Source: an uncultured Dehalococcoidaceae bacterium
GTDB lineage: Bacteria; Chloroflexota; Dehalococcoidia; Dehalococcoidales; RBG-16-60-22
Length of the DNA stretch: 46,426 nucleotides
Direction of reading: 5' to 3'
Assembly: GCA_964598405.1 (NCBI GenBank)
Contig: CAZRBS010000003.1
Span: forward strand, 1-46,426
Below the pieces are notes generated by a model. The model saw nothing but the letters and a program-made list of their open reading frames with translations, searched no databases and was not told the origin of the DNA. The translations under genes and the position numbers were made by a program. This document shows, one piece after another, positions 46,157 to 46,426 of the stretch. Each line of letters starts with the position of its first letter. The first letter of the stretch is position 1.

Positions 46157-46426
46157 TCTTCTCCTCGTTTACCGCCGGAGCGGAGGGCTCTGCCCCGGCG
46201 TTTGTATCTGAGGTCTGTTTGGTTTTCTGGCTCTTCTTTGCTGGCTTAGCCGGCTTCTCTTCCGCTTCGGCAGGGGCGGCTGCCCTGGCTCTCTTTCTTG
46301 CCGGTCGGGCCGGCTTTTCTTCCTGGGTCGTTTCTGCCTCCGGTCTGGTGCCTTCGGCGGCTACCGGCTCGGCCGGCTTCTCTTCCGCTTCGGCAGGGGC
46401 GGCTGCCCTGGCTCTCTTTCTTGCCG
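46143..46426 (-). CDS. rpsC: 3' end of the upstream gene, presumably 30S ribosomal protein S3: low-complexity K/A/E/P-rich C-terminal extension (partial; runs off the window)
   Basis: This is the only minus-strand frame open over 46146-46426. It reads [93 protein letters not shown], with the stop at 46143-46145, 14 nt inside rplP. Identity as rpsC is inferred only from conserved S10-operon order; the S3 core is outside the window. Confidence 0.55.
   Translation of the reverse strand, partial: ARKRARAAAPAEAEEKPAEPVAAEGTRPEAETTQEEKPARPARKRARAAAPAEAEEKPAKPAKKSQKTKQTSDTNAGAEPSAPAVNEEKNDTT
46249..46426. repeat. Perfect 55-bp direct repeat, two copies 123 bp apart
   Basis: GCCGGCTTCTCTTCCGCTTCGGCAGGGGCGGCTGCCCTGGCTCTCTTTCTTGCCG occurs at 46249-46303 and 46372-46426. 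The second copy is cut by the window edge. The 123-nt period equals 41 codons, so the duplication is in frame. Confidence 0.85.

Overview
This is a 46.4-kb stretch of a moderately GC-rich bacterial chromosome. The gene content is Chloroflexota/Dehalococcoidia-like (four-subunit archaeal-type POR, archease-RtcB, DUF1616-like protein, archaeal-type Tdh), but that placement is inference only. I found no rRNA, tRNA, CRISPR array, transposase or integrase.

Layout:
- 0-8.3 kb: a GalE-like epimerase, small membrane proteins, an FAH-family hydrolase, and a minus-strand operon of ackA, a divergent phosphoketolase and a ROK glucokinase.
- 8.4-15.9 kb: the only accessory-looking region, a dense signalling island. 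It holds one soluble PAS histidine kinase, five receiver-domain proteins (two with degenerate phospho-acceptor pockets, one with an unassigned C-terminal domain), three small HTH proteins and two zinc-ribbon microproteins below the ORF-track cutoff. Its intergenic regions carry recurring CTGTGATTT direct repeats, a palindrome over a near-consensus promoter, and a 46-nt hairpin with a (TA)n loop.
- 16-19 kb: porGDAB (pyruvate/2-oxoacid:ferredoxin oxidoreductase). porB is broken by an apparent 1-nt frameshift.
- 19-22.7 kb: tdh, a DUF1537 acid-sugar kinase, a PdxA-family dehydrogenase and RidA.
- 22.8-33.5 kb: an orphan radical SAM protein, a 621-aa membrane protein with three 95-aa tandem modules, an HD hydrolase, trpS, archease-rtcB, ahcY-metK, and a phosphomannomutase-family gene that seems to need a non-ATG/GTG/TTG start.
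- 33.5-46.4 kb, minus strand: a conserved ribosomal cluster from the rpsC 3' end through the spc and alpha operons (rplP to rplQ), followed by truA-rplM-rpsI.

The best candidate for something undescribed is the multi-receiver, zinc-ribbon signalling island. All functional statements rest on motif recognition by eye; no searches were run.
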